NCBI RefSeq assembly: GCF_000008665.1
Contig: NC_000917.1
Coordinates: 1,470,001 to 1,502,000, forward strand
Reading direction: 5' to 3'
Length of the DNA stretch: 32,000 bases
Origin: Archaeoglobus fulgidus DSM 4304
Lineage (GTDB): Archaea > Halobacteriota > Archaeoglobi > Archaeoglobales > Archaeoglobaceae
This document shows, piece by piece, positions 9,106 to 18,059 of the stretch (positions are counted from its first letter, which is position 1; each line of letters starts with the position of its first letter). The translations under genes were made by a program, and so were the position numbers. The notes under the pieces are model-generated. The model saw nothing but the letters and a program-made list of their open reading frames with translations, made no database searches and was not told the DNA's origin.

Positions 9106-10017
9106 ATGGACAGCAGTCTTGCTAACATCAACCAAATTGATGTTCCGTCCAAGTATCTTCGACTCCTCCGCCCCGTTGCGTGGCTCTGCTTCCTGCTTCC
9201 TTACGCCGTGGGATTTGGATTCGGGATAACTCCAAACGCAAGCCTTCAGCACGCTGTTCTTGGCCTGCTCTCCTTTGCCTTCTGGATGGCCTTCAGCTTC
9301 ACGATAAATGCTTTATACGACAGAGATGTTGACAGGCTGCACGACGGCAGGGTGAAGGATTTGAACCTCTCCATGCAGCCGCTCGTTACCGGAGAGATCT
9401 CTGTGAGGGAGGCGTGGCTTTACTGCATTGCTTTCCTCGCCCTATCCCTCGCAACCGCCGCAGCAATCAACGAGAAGTTCTTCCTCGCAATGCTCGGGGC
9501 AAACATAATTGGCTATGTCTATTCTGCCCCTCCACGGTTCAAAGCTTGGCCTGTAATGGATGTTATCTGCAACGCCCTCGCAGCCGTTCTCGCCTTCTAC
9601 GCTGGGCTGAGCATTGGCGGGGCTGAGGTGCCGATTGCAATTTACCCTGCAGCCTTCTTCCTCGCGGCAACCTTCTACATCCCCACCGCCGTTTCGGACT
9701 ACGAGTTTGACAAAAAGGCGGGCTTGAAAAACACCCCGGTTTTCTTCGGCCCCGAGAGGGCTCTGAAGTCCCTGTACCCGCTTTCAGCCATAACCGTCAT
9801 TCTATGGGCCTACGTTTTTTTGATGGCTGAAAGAATTGAGATTAAAGTAATATCACCCCTCATAATCGCCTACACTCTGATTTACACCTTCATTATCAAC
9901 TCAAGGTGGGATGGCGAGAAGCTGAACGTTTCGCCAAACCTAATTCTGACACCTTTCGGCATAATATCTGCCCTATTCATCGCATACGGTTTTGCGGTAA
10001 TTTCGGTGTTGGGCTAA
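9106..10017 (+). CDS. UbiA-family membrane prenyltransferase
   Basis: 303 aa polytopic protein with NALYDRDVDR and DYEFDKKAG aspartate-rich motifs. Confidence 0.85.
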   Translation: MDSSLANINQIDVPSKYLRLLRPVAWLCFLLPYAVGFGFGITPNASLQHAVLGLLSFAFWMAFSFTINALYDRDVDRLHDGRVKDLNLSMQPLVTGEISVREAWLYCIAFLALSLATAAAINEKFFLAMLGANIIGYVYSAPPRFKAWPVMDVICNALAAVLAFYAGLSIGGAEVPIAIYPAAFFLAATFYIPTAVSDYEFDKKAGLKNTPVFFGPERALKSLYPLSAITVILWAYVFLMAERIEIKVISPLIIAYTLIYTFIINSRWDGEKLNVSPNLILTPFGIISALFIAYGFAVISVLG

Positions 10018-10066
10018 AAGGTAGAAACAGCAAAAGAATTTTAATTTAATTGCACAAGTATTTATC

Positions 10067-10537
10067 ATGGCGCTCACTCCAATGGACATTTACAAGCTTT
10101 TGCCGAAAACAAACTGCAAGAAATGCGGAGAGGCAACATGCATGAGCTTCGCTTTTAAGCTCCTCAACAGGGAAAAGAAGCTGGAAGATTGTAAGCCGCT
10201 TTACGAGGATAAGAAGTATGAGAGGCAGAGAAAGAAGCTGGAGGAGATGCTTAAACCGCTTGAGCAGGCAACAGAGACTGGTCTTATAGTGGATGAAAGC
10301 CTCTGCGTAGGTTGCGGTAACTGCGTTGTTGTCTGCCCCGTTCACGTTGAGAAAGACCCCAAGGGTGCTGCCATTGGCAACGGCCCTACCATTGAGGACC
10401 CGATTCTTAGAGTGGAGAATGGTGTTGTTAAGGTTGTGAACATGCAGGCCTGCAGGAGATACGGCAAAAACCGCGTCCTCTGTGTGGTTTGCAGGGAGAA
10501 CTGTCCGAGCGATGCGATAAGATTTCTGGAGGGATGA
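10067..10537 (+). CDS. fwdG: Iron-sulfur protein associated with formylmethanofuran dehydrogenase (FwdG-like)
   Basis: 156 aa; N-terminal CKKCGEATCMSFAFKL 4Fe-4S motif plus ferredoxin-like CVGCGNCVVVCPVHVEKD and CVVCRENCP; overlaps fwdB. Confidence 0.75.
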   Translation: MALTPMDIYKLLPKTNCKKCGEATCMSFAFKLLNREKKLEDCKPLYEDKKYERQRKKLEEMLKPLEQATETGLIVDESLCVGCGNCVVVCPVHVEKDPKGAAIGNGPTIEDPILRVENGVVKVVNMQACRRYGKNRVLCVVCRENCPSDAIRFLEG

Positions 10538-11733
10538 TTATGATCTGCCCAGGTTGTTCCTGTCTGTGTGATGATATCTACATCAAGGACGGAAAGGTCT
10601 TCAACGCCTGCAGGAGAGGTGAGGAGATTTTTGCGAAGTACAACGAGAACAGGGCTGTAGCGAGGGTTGATGGAAAGGAGGTGGATGTTGACACAGCCAT
10701 AGAGAAGGCCATTGAAATTCTCAAGGATGCGAAGAATCCCGCAATTTACGGCCTCGATACGACAGTTGTTGAGGCTCAGAGTCTGGCGATAGAGGTTGCG
10801 GAGAAGCTCAACGGCTACATCGACGACAACTCCTCCTTCTGCCTTGGGGAGCTTGTTGAGGCTGTGCTTAAAGGGGAAATTCCGACAACAACGCTTGATG
10901 AGGTGAGGGACAACGCATACGTTCTGGTTTACTGGGGAACAAACCCCTACCACAGCCTTTCGAGGCACATGTCCAAGTACACCTACTATCCGAGGGGAAA
11001 GAGGAGGCCGAGGGGTTACGATGAGGACCGCTACTTAGTTGTTGTTGATGTGAGGAAAAGCGAGACTGCAAAGCTTGCTAAGAAGAACGCGAAGTTCATT
11101 CAGGTTGAAAGCGACGCTGAGCTTGTGGACTCCTTCATGAAGGTTGTTGATGGGAAAGCAGCGAAATACGCCAAGGAGGCTGGTGCGATAATCACGGAGA
11201 TGAAGAAGGCAGATTTCAACGTAATTTTCGGTGGTCTGGGTCTTAAATACGGCCTTAAAGACTTGAACATGTTCAAGGAGATGGTTAAAAAGCTGAATGA
11301 GGTGGCCAAGGTTTACTTCATTCCCGCAGGCTTCCACGGCAACATGAGGGGCTTCAACGAAACCCTCTTCGAGAAGGTTGGCTATGTGAACAAATACAGC
11401 TTCAGAGATGGTAAGAGCGGAGAGGAGTTTGCCTTCACGGAGCTTCTGAAGAACGAGAAGATTGACGCTGCCCTAATAGTGGGAACGGATCCAGTTTACT
11501 CACTCCCCTTCGACGTGTCATCCAAGCTCGGCAAGGTGAAAACCATAGTTATCGACCCGAGGATGAGCTTTACTGCCAGAATAGCGGATGTGGTCATTCC
11601 TTCAGCAATATCTGGCATAGAGGCAGGGGGAACGATGGTCAGGAGCGACGGTGTGAGGGTGATGCTTGAGCCTCTGGAAGAGAAAGAGGTTAACGACGTT
11701 TACATCCTTCAGAGGATTAAGGAGGGATTGTGA
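10534..11733 (+). CDS. fwdB: Formylmethanofuran dehydrogenase subunit B (catalytic, Mo/W-bis-MGD)
   Basis: Start likely ATG 10534/10540 overlapping the fwdG stop. CPGCSCLCDDI cluster motif, NSSFCLGELV metal-ligand context, VYWGTNPYHSLSRHMSKYTYYPRGKRRPRG. Confidence 0.92.
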   Translation: MIMICPGCSCLCDDIYIKDGKVFNACRRGEEIFAKYNENRAVARVDGKEVDVDTAIEKAIEILKDAKNPAIYGLDTTVVEAQSLAIEVAEKLNGYIDDNSSFCLGELVEAVLKGEIPTTTLDEVRDNAYVLVYWGTNPYHSLSRHMSKYTYYPRGKRRPRGYDEDRYLVVVDVRKSETAKLAKKNAKFIQVESDAELVDSFMKVVDGKAAKYAKEAGAIITEMKKADFNVIFGGLGLKYGLKDLNMFKEMVKKLNEVAKVYFIPAGFHGNMRGFNETLFEKVGYVNKYSFRDGKSGEEFAFTELLKNEKIDAALIVGTDPVYSLPFDVSSKLGKVKTIVIDPRMSFTARIADVVIPSAISGIEAGGTMVRSDGVRVMLEPLEEKEVNDVYILQRIKEGL

Positions 11734-12092
11734 TGATGCGCTTTTCCAAGTTTCTGAAAGTTGAGGCAGACATCGTCGTGGCAAGGCACGCTCTGGTGAT
11801 GGACGAGACGAAGAGCAAAGCTGAGCCCGTCATATTCCTCCATCCTGAATTCGCCAAGAGGAGCGGTGTGAAGGAGGGGGATGTGGTTGAGGTTGAGGCT
11901 AACGGCAGAACTGTGAAGCTTAGAGCAAAGCTATCAGAAAACGCTCCCGAGAATGGTGGGATAATGCCCAACGGCATCTTCGCGAGCTACCTGACAGGCT
12001 TTGATGGTTTCAAGAGGTTCAAGGCCAATATTGAGGTGGCTGAGGGGGAGCCGACATCGTTTGAGGAGATTCTCGAAAAAATAAAAGGTTAA
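11730..12092 (+). CDS. fwdD: Formylmethanofuran dehydrogenase subunit D (molybdopterin dinucleotide-binding domain)
   Basis: 120 aa; VIFLHPEFAKRSGVKEGDVVEVEANGRTVKLRA, follows fwdB with ATGA-type overlap. Confidence 0.88.
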   Translation: MMMRFSKFLKVEADIVVARHALVMDETKSKAEPVIFLHPEFAKRSGVKEGDVVEVEANGRTVKLRAKLSENAPENGGIMPNGIFASYLTGFDGFKRFKANIEVAEGEPTSFEEILEKIKG

Positions 12093-15000
12093 GAAACAAC
12101 AATATTTTTCACAACCACTTTTACAACCTTGTAGCTATAGTCAATCACGGCCATTTTCACCGTGTACTCCCCCGGTGAGCCGAAGGACATTGTTGTTGTT
12201 GCCCCCATCCTCATTCGGCCGTTGCTGAACACCCAGATGATCTGTTTATAGTTTATTCCTTCAACGTAGGCCTTGAAAGTAATTCTTTGACCTGCCTTTG
12301 GCTCTTCTGGCGTGTAGGTGAAGTCGGCAACAACCGCTTTCTCTTCGTAGGTGTAGCTTCCAACATTGCCCGCAAGGTCTTCCATGGTTATCTTAATGGT
12401 TGAATCTGCGATGCTGCACTTCCAGACGTCTCCTTCTCTCTGCATCTCAATACCGTTGGCCCTGGCCCACTTCAACTCTTCCGACGGTTTTACGATGAGC
12501 GTGTCGCTATTCTTTTCTACACTGAGAACTTCAGGTGGCTTTGTATCGAGAGTAAAGGTTAGCCTTTCACTTGCCGCATTCAAAGCTTCAACCCACCACG
12601 TGTGGTCTCCGTCAGCAATGTTTGCGTTTACAGTAATTTCCCCTGAACCATAGCCCTCATACACGGCGTTGCCGTCAACGTAGAGCGTAAAGGCAGCTTC
12701 AACGGGCAGCACAAATTTGAATTCTGCCTTGTTTGTTACGCCACTCGGCTCAAGCAGCTCTATCTGAATTTCAGGTAGGTTTATTTCAATGCTGTTAGCA
12801 TTTCCGGCCTTGTCAATAGCGGTGAGCTTTGCATGGGTTGATTTGACCACAACATCCCAGCTAATTCCGTCTCCACTTACACTGCAGTCACCTTCATCTA
12901 CTCTCAGCTCAACTTCTTCCGAGGTTCTGAGAACGACCTTGTAGCCATTATCGCTCCACCCCTCCTCAACTACAGTTATTTCAGGCTTGGTGATATCAAC
13001 TGTAATCAGAACGGTTTCTTCAGCCTTGTTTCCGTCATGGTCGATGGCGACAACTTTGACCTCATGTTTTCCTTCCGTGAGGGTGAGCTCCGGGGCTGTT
13101 TCAACACCATCCAGCAGGTAAATCACCTCATCCACCGCAGTTTCCGCATCATAGGCGCTGACAGCTAAGCTTAGCTCTGTGTAGTTTATGTACTCTGGAA
13201 GGGCCGGAAGCTCAATGACGGGTGTGTTGATGTCCCTGAGTGTTATATTGACGGTCATGTCGCCATCCGCTATGAAGGTGTGCTCAGCATAGCCCTCGGC
13301 AGAAACTGTTACAACAGCACCCTTTTCAACCATCAACGTGAAATAACCGTCATCATCCGTCTTTGTCATTTCTGAGCCCGCTTCAACAACCGCATCAACA
13401 GGCTTTCCGAGGGAGTTGAGAACGTAGCCCTCAACGGTAACCATAGGCTCATAAACTCTCAGGATTGTGGTTGTTGAGTTCTTTAACCCCTTGTCGTCGC
13501 ATGCGGTGATTTTGACCTGATACTCCCCACTCTTCTCGTAAACGTGGTTGATTCCCGGAGCTACCCACGAAGTTCCATCGCCGAACTCCCACTTAACCCA
13601 GACAACTTTACCATCCGGGTCGTAGGATAGGGATTTGAAGAATACCGGCTCTCCTGCCACCGGCTTTTCGGGAGTAATTTCGAAGAGAACCACTGGTGGC
13701 TGATTCTTTGAAACCTGCATGTTCATAGCTGCTGCAAAGGCCCTGTAAGCGTCAACGATACCGCTGCCCGACTTAACGTCCTTCCCAGCAATCTCAATGT
13801 CCGTTGCTGATTCTTCAATTGCCCTCTTAACGTCTTCTGGCGTAAAATCGGTATTTGCCTGAAGCAGTAGCGCAGCTATTCCCGAAACATGCGGTGTTGC
13901 CATTGACGTGCCTGAAAGGGAAGCGTAGCCCCCATCCTTCCACGTTGAAACAACCGCCACACCCGGAGCGACGACGTCGGGCTTAATGTACTCTGGATTG
14001 TAGCCAACAGGCCCGCGGCTGCTGAAGTAAGCAACTTTGCCGGCTTTGTCCACAGCTCCAACAGTTATTGCGTTCTCTGCCGAGCCGGGAGAGGCTATGC
14101 TCCTTTCCCCAAGCTCTCCCGAGTTCCCTGCAGCGATTACCGCCACAACTCCCCTTCTCACAATGTCGTTCACAGCCTCGCTCAGTATGTCGTGTCCGTT
14201 GGACGGGTAAACCACGTAGGCTGTAACGTCTGCCTCAACCTTTCTGTCTCCCGAATTTGTGAGCCTGATGGTCCAGTTGCCCTTTTCGAGGACAGTCGAT
14301 GGTGAATACTGGCAGTCGAAGTAAGAACTTGTGACGGTGCACTGAGGCTTTACTGCAGTCCCTGACGGTGAGATGAGCTGGAATTCGAAGCTTTCGGGAA
14401 TTTCTTTGGACAACGTGTGCATTACGATGAACCAGCCATTTGCAGTCCAGCCAGCGTTGCCGGTCTCAACGTCATCGTAAAAGCCGATTTCGGGTATTGC
14501 TATGTTGTCTATCCAGACATAGTTGTCACCGTACGACTCAAAAATTAGCCTTCCCGCAGTGCTGGAGCTTAACTGTATGCTCTTCCAGCTGTTGTAGGTT
14601 GCAGAAGACAGAGAGAGCAGCTCCTTGGTTTCCCCGTTCGCCTCAAGCTTAACAACAAAGCTCCCTCTCACATACCCTATAATGTCGAACTTAAGCGTGA
14701 AGGGCCTGTCAACGTCCATTTCAAGGGTCCTTGTTCCACCGTAAGGCGGCGCAGCCCAGACGTAGTTCACCGTGTCGGGATTAACCCTCAGCTTAATGTA
14801 ACTCGGCACGAAGTTGTCCATGTCATCGTAAACTTCTCCGAGGCTCGAATAAACCGGAAGATTAATTTCGTAGCTCTCTCCTGAGTTGAGAACTTTTCCG
14901 TAGCTCCCCCCAATCCGGGCAATGCTCCAAGACTCATGCTTATCACGTCCGCACCATTTTCATAGGCCCACTGTATCCCCATGAGAACGGTTGAGAGCTT

Positions 15001-15600
15001 CCCGCTCCCCCTGCTGTCGAGAACCTTTGCTGCCATGATTTCCGCTTCCGGAGCGACTCCTGTTATCTCTCCAGCGATTGTTCCTGCAACGTGAGTTCCG
15101 TGTCCGTTATCGTCGTAGGGCTCAGTTTGCCCGTTGACGAAGTCAGCAAAGGCTACGATTCTATCAGCAAAATCCGGGTGCCTCGCAACGCCGGTGTCTA
15201 TGACGGCAACCTTAACCCCGCTACCCTTGTAGCCCATTTTCCATACTCCCGAGACGTTTATGAAGTCAAGGTTCCACACGTCTGCTTCACTGACAGACGT
15301 TGCTGTGGTGGAGAAGAGATCAGGCATGGATAGCATCTGTATTTCGTCAACGGCCTTTACGTCGACGTCGGGATAGACTCCTTCAACATAGGGATTCTCC
15401 GACAGCTTTTTGATTTCATCTTCACTCAAATCAGCCGCAATGACGCTGAACAGCTCTATTTTCTTTGCTCCGTGCATTGTGGCAGCAACGTCATCCAGAT
15501 ATCCGTCCGCAACCTTTATAATCACTGGAACTCCTGCTGCCGTTTGGAGACTCACTATTATCACCAAGCTCATTATTATTATTGTCCTTATACTCATCAT
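12089..15600 (-). CDS. Large secreted subtilisin-like (S8) protease, in two overlapping frames (15600..14788 and 14821..12089)
   Basis: Signal peptide MMSIRTIIIMSLVIIVSLQTAAG, propeptide, Asp site VAVIDTGVARHPDFADR and His site NGHGTHVAGTIAG in the first frame. AAGNSG and Ser site SGTSMATPHVSGIAALL in the second frame, then PKD-like and Ig-like domains. A -1 shift at 14905 yields one continuous product of about 1170 aa. Confidence 0.85.
14904..14912 (-). other. Frame junction: G6 homopolymer within G_GGG_GGA heptamer
   Basis: Minus strand reads TTG GGG GGA GCT. Re-reading the A (forward 14905) gives GLGG-SYGKVLNSGESYEINLP, continuous with the downstream protease frame. Confidence 0.7.
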
Positions 15601-15751
15601 GAAAATCGGTCAAACCTTCCGTAAATAAATTTTTCTCACAAAATAGTAAATACCGAAAAAATTAGAATAACAAATTTAAGAATTAGTTAAAAAATATTAA
15701 CAACATTAAAAAAATTTATCCAAACTCAAGATAAAATTTCGAAATTGCTAC

Positions 15752-16741
15752 TCATTTTTCTCTGCAGTAGTAGAGCACACCGCCATGTATGAAGAAAAAC
15801 ACACCCTTCTCTCTGTCATAGAACAGATGCTCGAACGTCTCTTCAGCGGCCTTTGAAATGTCCTCAAACCTCTCCACCTCAACCATTTCCAGATTTGTTT
15901 CAGGCATTCTGGCAAAGGAAACTTCTTTCAGCTTCTTTTCCCAAGAAACTCTTTCTATTTCCCTTTCAAGGGAGGAAACATCGCTGTATTTAGTTCTGTA
16001 AACTACCGACAGGCCGGCGAAGATTATAGAAACTGTGCATAATGCTGCCGGAATTACCTTCATATGCAGCGGTTTTTGAACTTCAACGACTCTGGTGGAA
16101 GGCATTTCAAAATCTCTTGTCTCGTTAAGCGTTGAGAAGGAGTAGTAGGTGCTCTGCACGTCTATTGGTATCTTAAAGCTTAATGTTTCGTCAACGTCTT
16201 TGCCCGTAATCTTTCCGTAGTAATGCACGCTGACATCGATTCTGGCCCCTGTTTTTCCAAGATAAACACCAAAGGAGTTCTGAGCTTCGTTAATTTTTGA
16301 CTTTAGGTCTGTGACATTTATTTTGAAGTTCGTTTTGATTTCTCCTCTGGATGTGTTGGATGCAGCGTAGTATACCTTCTCCCAGACGGGAGCGTCGCTA
16401 ACCTCGTAGAAGTAAACGATTTTTGCTTCAGTTTCGATGGTTATATCCCCTCTTGGAGCTGTTGTGAAGTAAAATTCTCCTGAATATTCGGGGGTGAGGG
16501 AGTAGGAGTACACCGGGAGGGTGACGAAGGACCCATTAGCCCATATCGGGTTGTCCTTCTTGACCTCTGCCCCACCGCTGAAGTATGCGAGTGCGGAGTA
16601 GTGCCTGATACTAATTTGAGTTTCCTTTGTCTCGGGGATTGTGGCCCAGTAAAGTGCGTAGGCTGATGCAACCAGCGTGATGAGCGAGATTATCAGAACC
16701 GGGATATACCATTTTCTCACGATTAGTTTAAAATTATTCAT
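15752..16741 (-). CDS. Membrane-anchored extracellular protein with cytoplasmic tail, DUF5305-like
   Basis: 329 aa; N-terminal TM (WYIPVLIISLITLVASAYALYW), beta-rich ectodomain, second TM (VIPAALCTVSIIFAGLSVVY), charged tail; family call from recollection of sequence pattern. Confidence 0.65.
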   Translation of the reverse strand: MNNFKLIVRKWYIPVLIISLITLVASAYALYWATIPETKETQISIRHYSALAYFSGGAEVKKDNPIWANGSFVTLPVYSYSLTPEYSGEFYFTTAPRGDITIETEAKIVYFYEVSDAPVWEKVYYAASNTSRGEIKTNFKINVTDLKSKINEAQNSFGVYLGKTGARIDVSVHYYGKITGKDVDETLSFKIPIDVQSTYYSFSTLNETRDFEMPSTRVVEVQKPLHMKVIPAALCTVSIIFAGLSVVYRTKYSDVSSLEREIERVSWEKKLKEVSFARMPETNLEMVEVERFEDISKAAEETFEHLFYDREKGVFFFIHGGVLYYCREK

Positions 16742-16750
16742 GTTATTTTT

Positions 16751-17623
16751 TCACCCTCCTCCTATATGTTTCTTTCGAGGTTTGTAGTAAACTGGTTTGA
16801 GCAGCAGCGTTGCAATTGCTGAGGTAACGAGGGGTGTGAGCCAGAGGATGCCCAGCCTGTAGAGGGGATAGAGGAGGATTAAAGGCATTGCACCGTTGAT
16901 GGCGGTGTTGAAGCTGTAGCTTGCAGACTCGCCCGGGTTGAGAACGGAGTAGTAAGGGGGCTCGGAGTGGAAAAGATAAACAGTGAGGAAGCCTTTGTTG
17001 ATTACACCCCCATCAACGACCTCAAGCGTGGGATTGAAAGCGGCGAAGGAAATAATCAGCGCTGCAGCGAAGGTTACAACCAAATAGTGTGTTTTTAGAG
17101 CTTTTTTGTTTCTTCTCTCATGCATTAACTTGATTCTTTCCCTCCTTTTCAGTATCTTTTCCTCCATTGTGAGATTCCTGAACTCTGAAGCCATCAAAAC
17201 AGATGCGGGGATGAGAATGAACAGCAGGTACATCATAATATTCCGGTTCTTGAATTCGTGGAAGAGGTAGCCAATGTAAGGTATTCCGAATAGAAATTTG
17301 CCGTAAACGTCTTTTTCGTGCACATCAAAGGGGTCAACATCCTCAACAGCATCGCCCTTCGTCTTAAAGTAGCCATCCCCTATTTCCACAACTCTGTGGG
17401 TTATCAAAACGGACTTCTTCCCCGAAGGGTCCTTGAATGCCACAACATCCCCCAGAGAAACGTCCGAGCTTCTTTTAACAACAATAAGGTCTCCCGGATG
17501 CATGAGCGGCTCCATGCTGCTGCTCAGAACGACGAGGATGCGCACATCATCGCTATAAACCTCATAGGCGGAAAAGAGGATGAAAACAACAAATAGAGCA
17601 GTTATCAAACCACTAATATTCAT
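16751..17623 (-). CDS. Signal peptidase I, S26B (SipW/ER-type), with extra C-terminal membrane/beta region
   Basis: VVLSSSMEPLMHPGDLIVVKR (Ser), GDVVAFKDPSGKKSVLITHRVVEI (His), TKGDAVEDVDPFDV; then further TM segments after about residue 130. Confidence 0.9.
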   Translation of the reverse strand: MNISGLITALFVVFILFSAYEVYSDDVRILVVLSSSMEPLMHPGDLIVVKRSSDVSLGDVVAFKDPSGKKSVLITHRVVEIGDGYFKTKGDAVEDVDPFDVHEKDVYGKFLFGIPYIGYLFHEFKNRNIMMYLLFILIPASVLMASEFRNLTMEEKILKRRERIKLMHERRNKKALKTHYLVVTFAAALIISFAAFNPTLEVVDGGVINKGFLTVYLFHSEPPYYSVLNPGESASYSFNTAINGAMPLILLYPLYRLGILWLTPLVTSAIATLLLKPVYYKPRKKHIGGG

Positions 17624-17624
17624 T

Positions 17625-18059
17625 CTACTCCTCCAGAGTTATTGTCACGGGAATTTCAACGACCTTATATGGGTAAGAGGGATATGAGATGGTGAGTTCT
17701 CCGACATAGGTTCCGTTTGTTTGTGGAGAAAGGTGCATTCCGACCTCCCAGTCATTCACGTTCTTCCTCAAAGAAAACTGAACAAAATCATCCCCATCCC
17801 AGCTCAGCTTTGGTATTCCGGGAGCATCAACTATTCTGAAAATTACATCGTAGCTGTACTCCTCATTGGGCTTACCGTAGAAATCTATTTTTACAGGGCT
17901 CTCCTTTTTTACAAAGCTCACGGTGGGGTAGATTTCAGAGGCCCAGTGCCCGCTTTTGAATGTGCTTCTCTGAGACTCTACGTCGTAGAAGTAGCTAAGA
18001 GTTCCTGAGACCATTATAAGGAATCCTATTACGGTTGCGAAGAGCAGAATTTTTCTCAT
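17625..18059 (-). CDS. Small secreted protein with SipW-type signal (TLSYFYDVES), paralogue 5
   Basis: 144 aa; hydrophobic N-terminus followed by SGTLSYFYDVESQRSTFKSG; lacks the YQGD motif. Confidence 0.75.
   Translation of the reverse strand: MRKILLFATVIGFLIMVSGTLSYFYDVESQRSTFKSGHWASEIYPTVSFVKKESPVKIDFYGKPNEEYSYDVIFRIVDAPGIPKLSWDGDDFVQFSLRKNVNDWEVGMHLSPQTNGTYVGELTISYPSYPYKVVEIPVTITLEE

Noticed and set aside
10342-10968. 208 aa ORF antisense to fwdG/fwdB
   Set aside because: Spans two confidently identified genes, no protein-family features.
12089-15600. Two independent protease genes
   Set aside because: The catalytic residues are divided between the two frames and a -1 shift at a single point restores a continuous sequence, so these are one gene.
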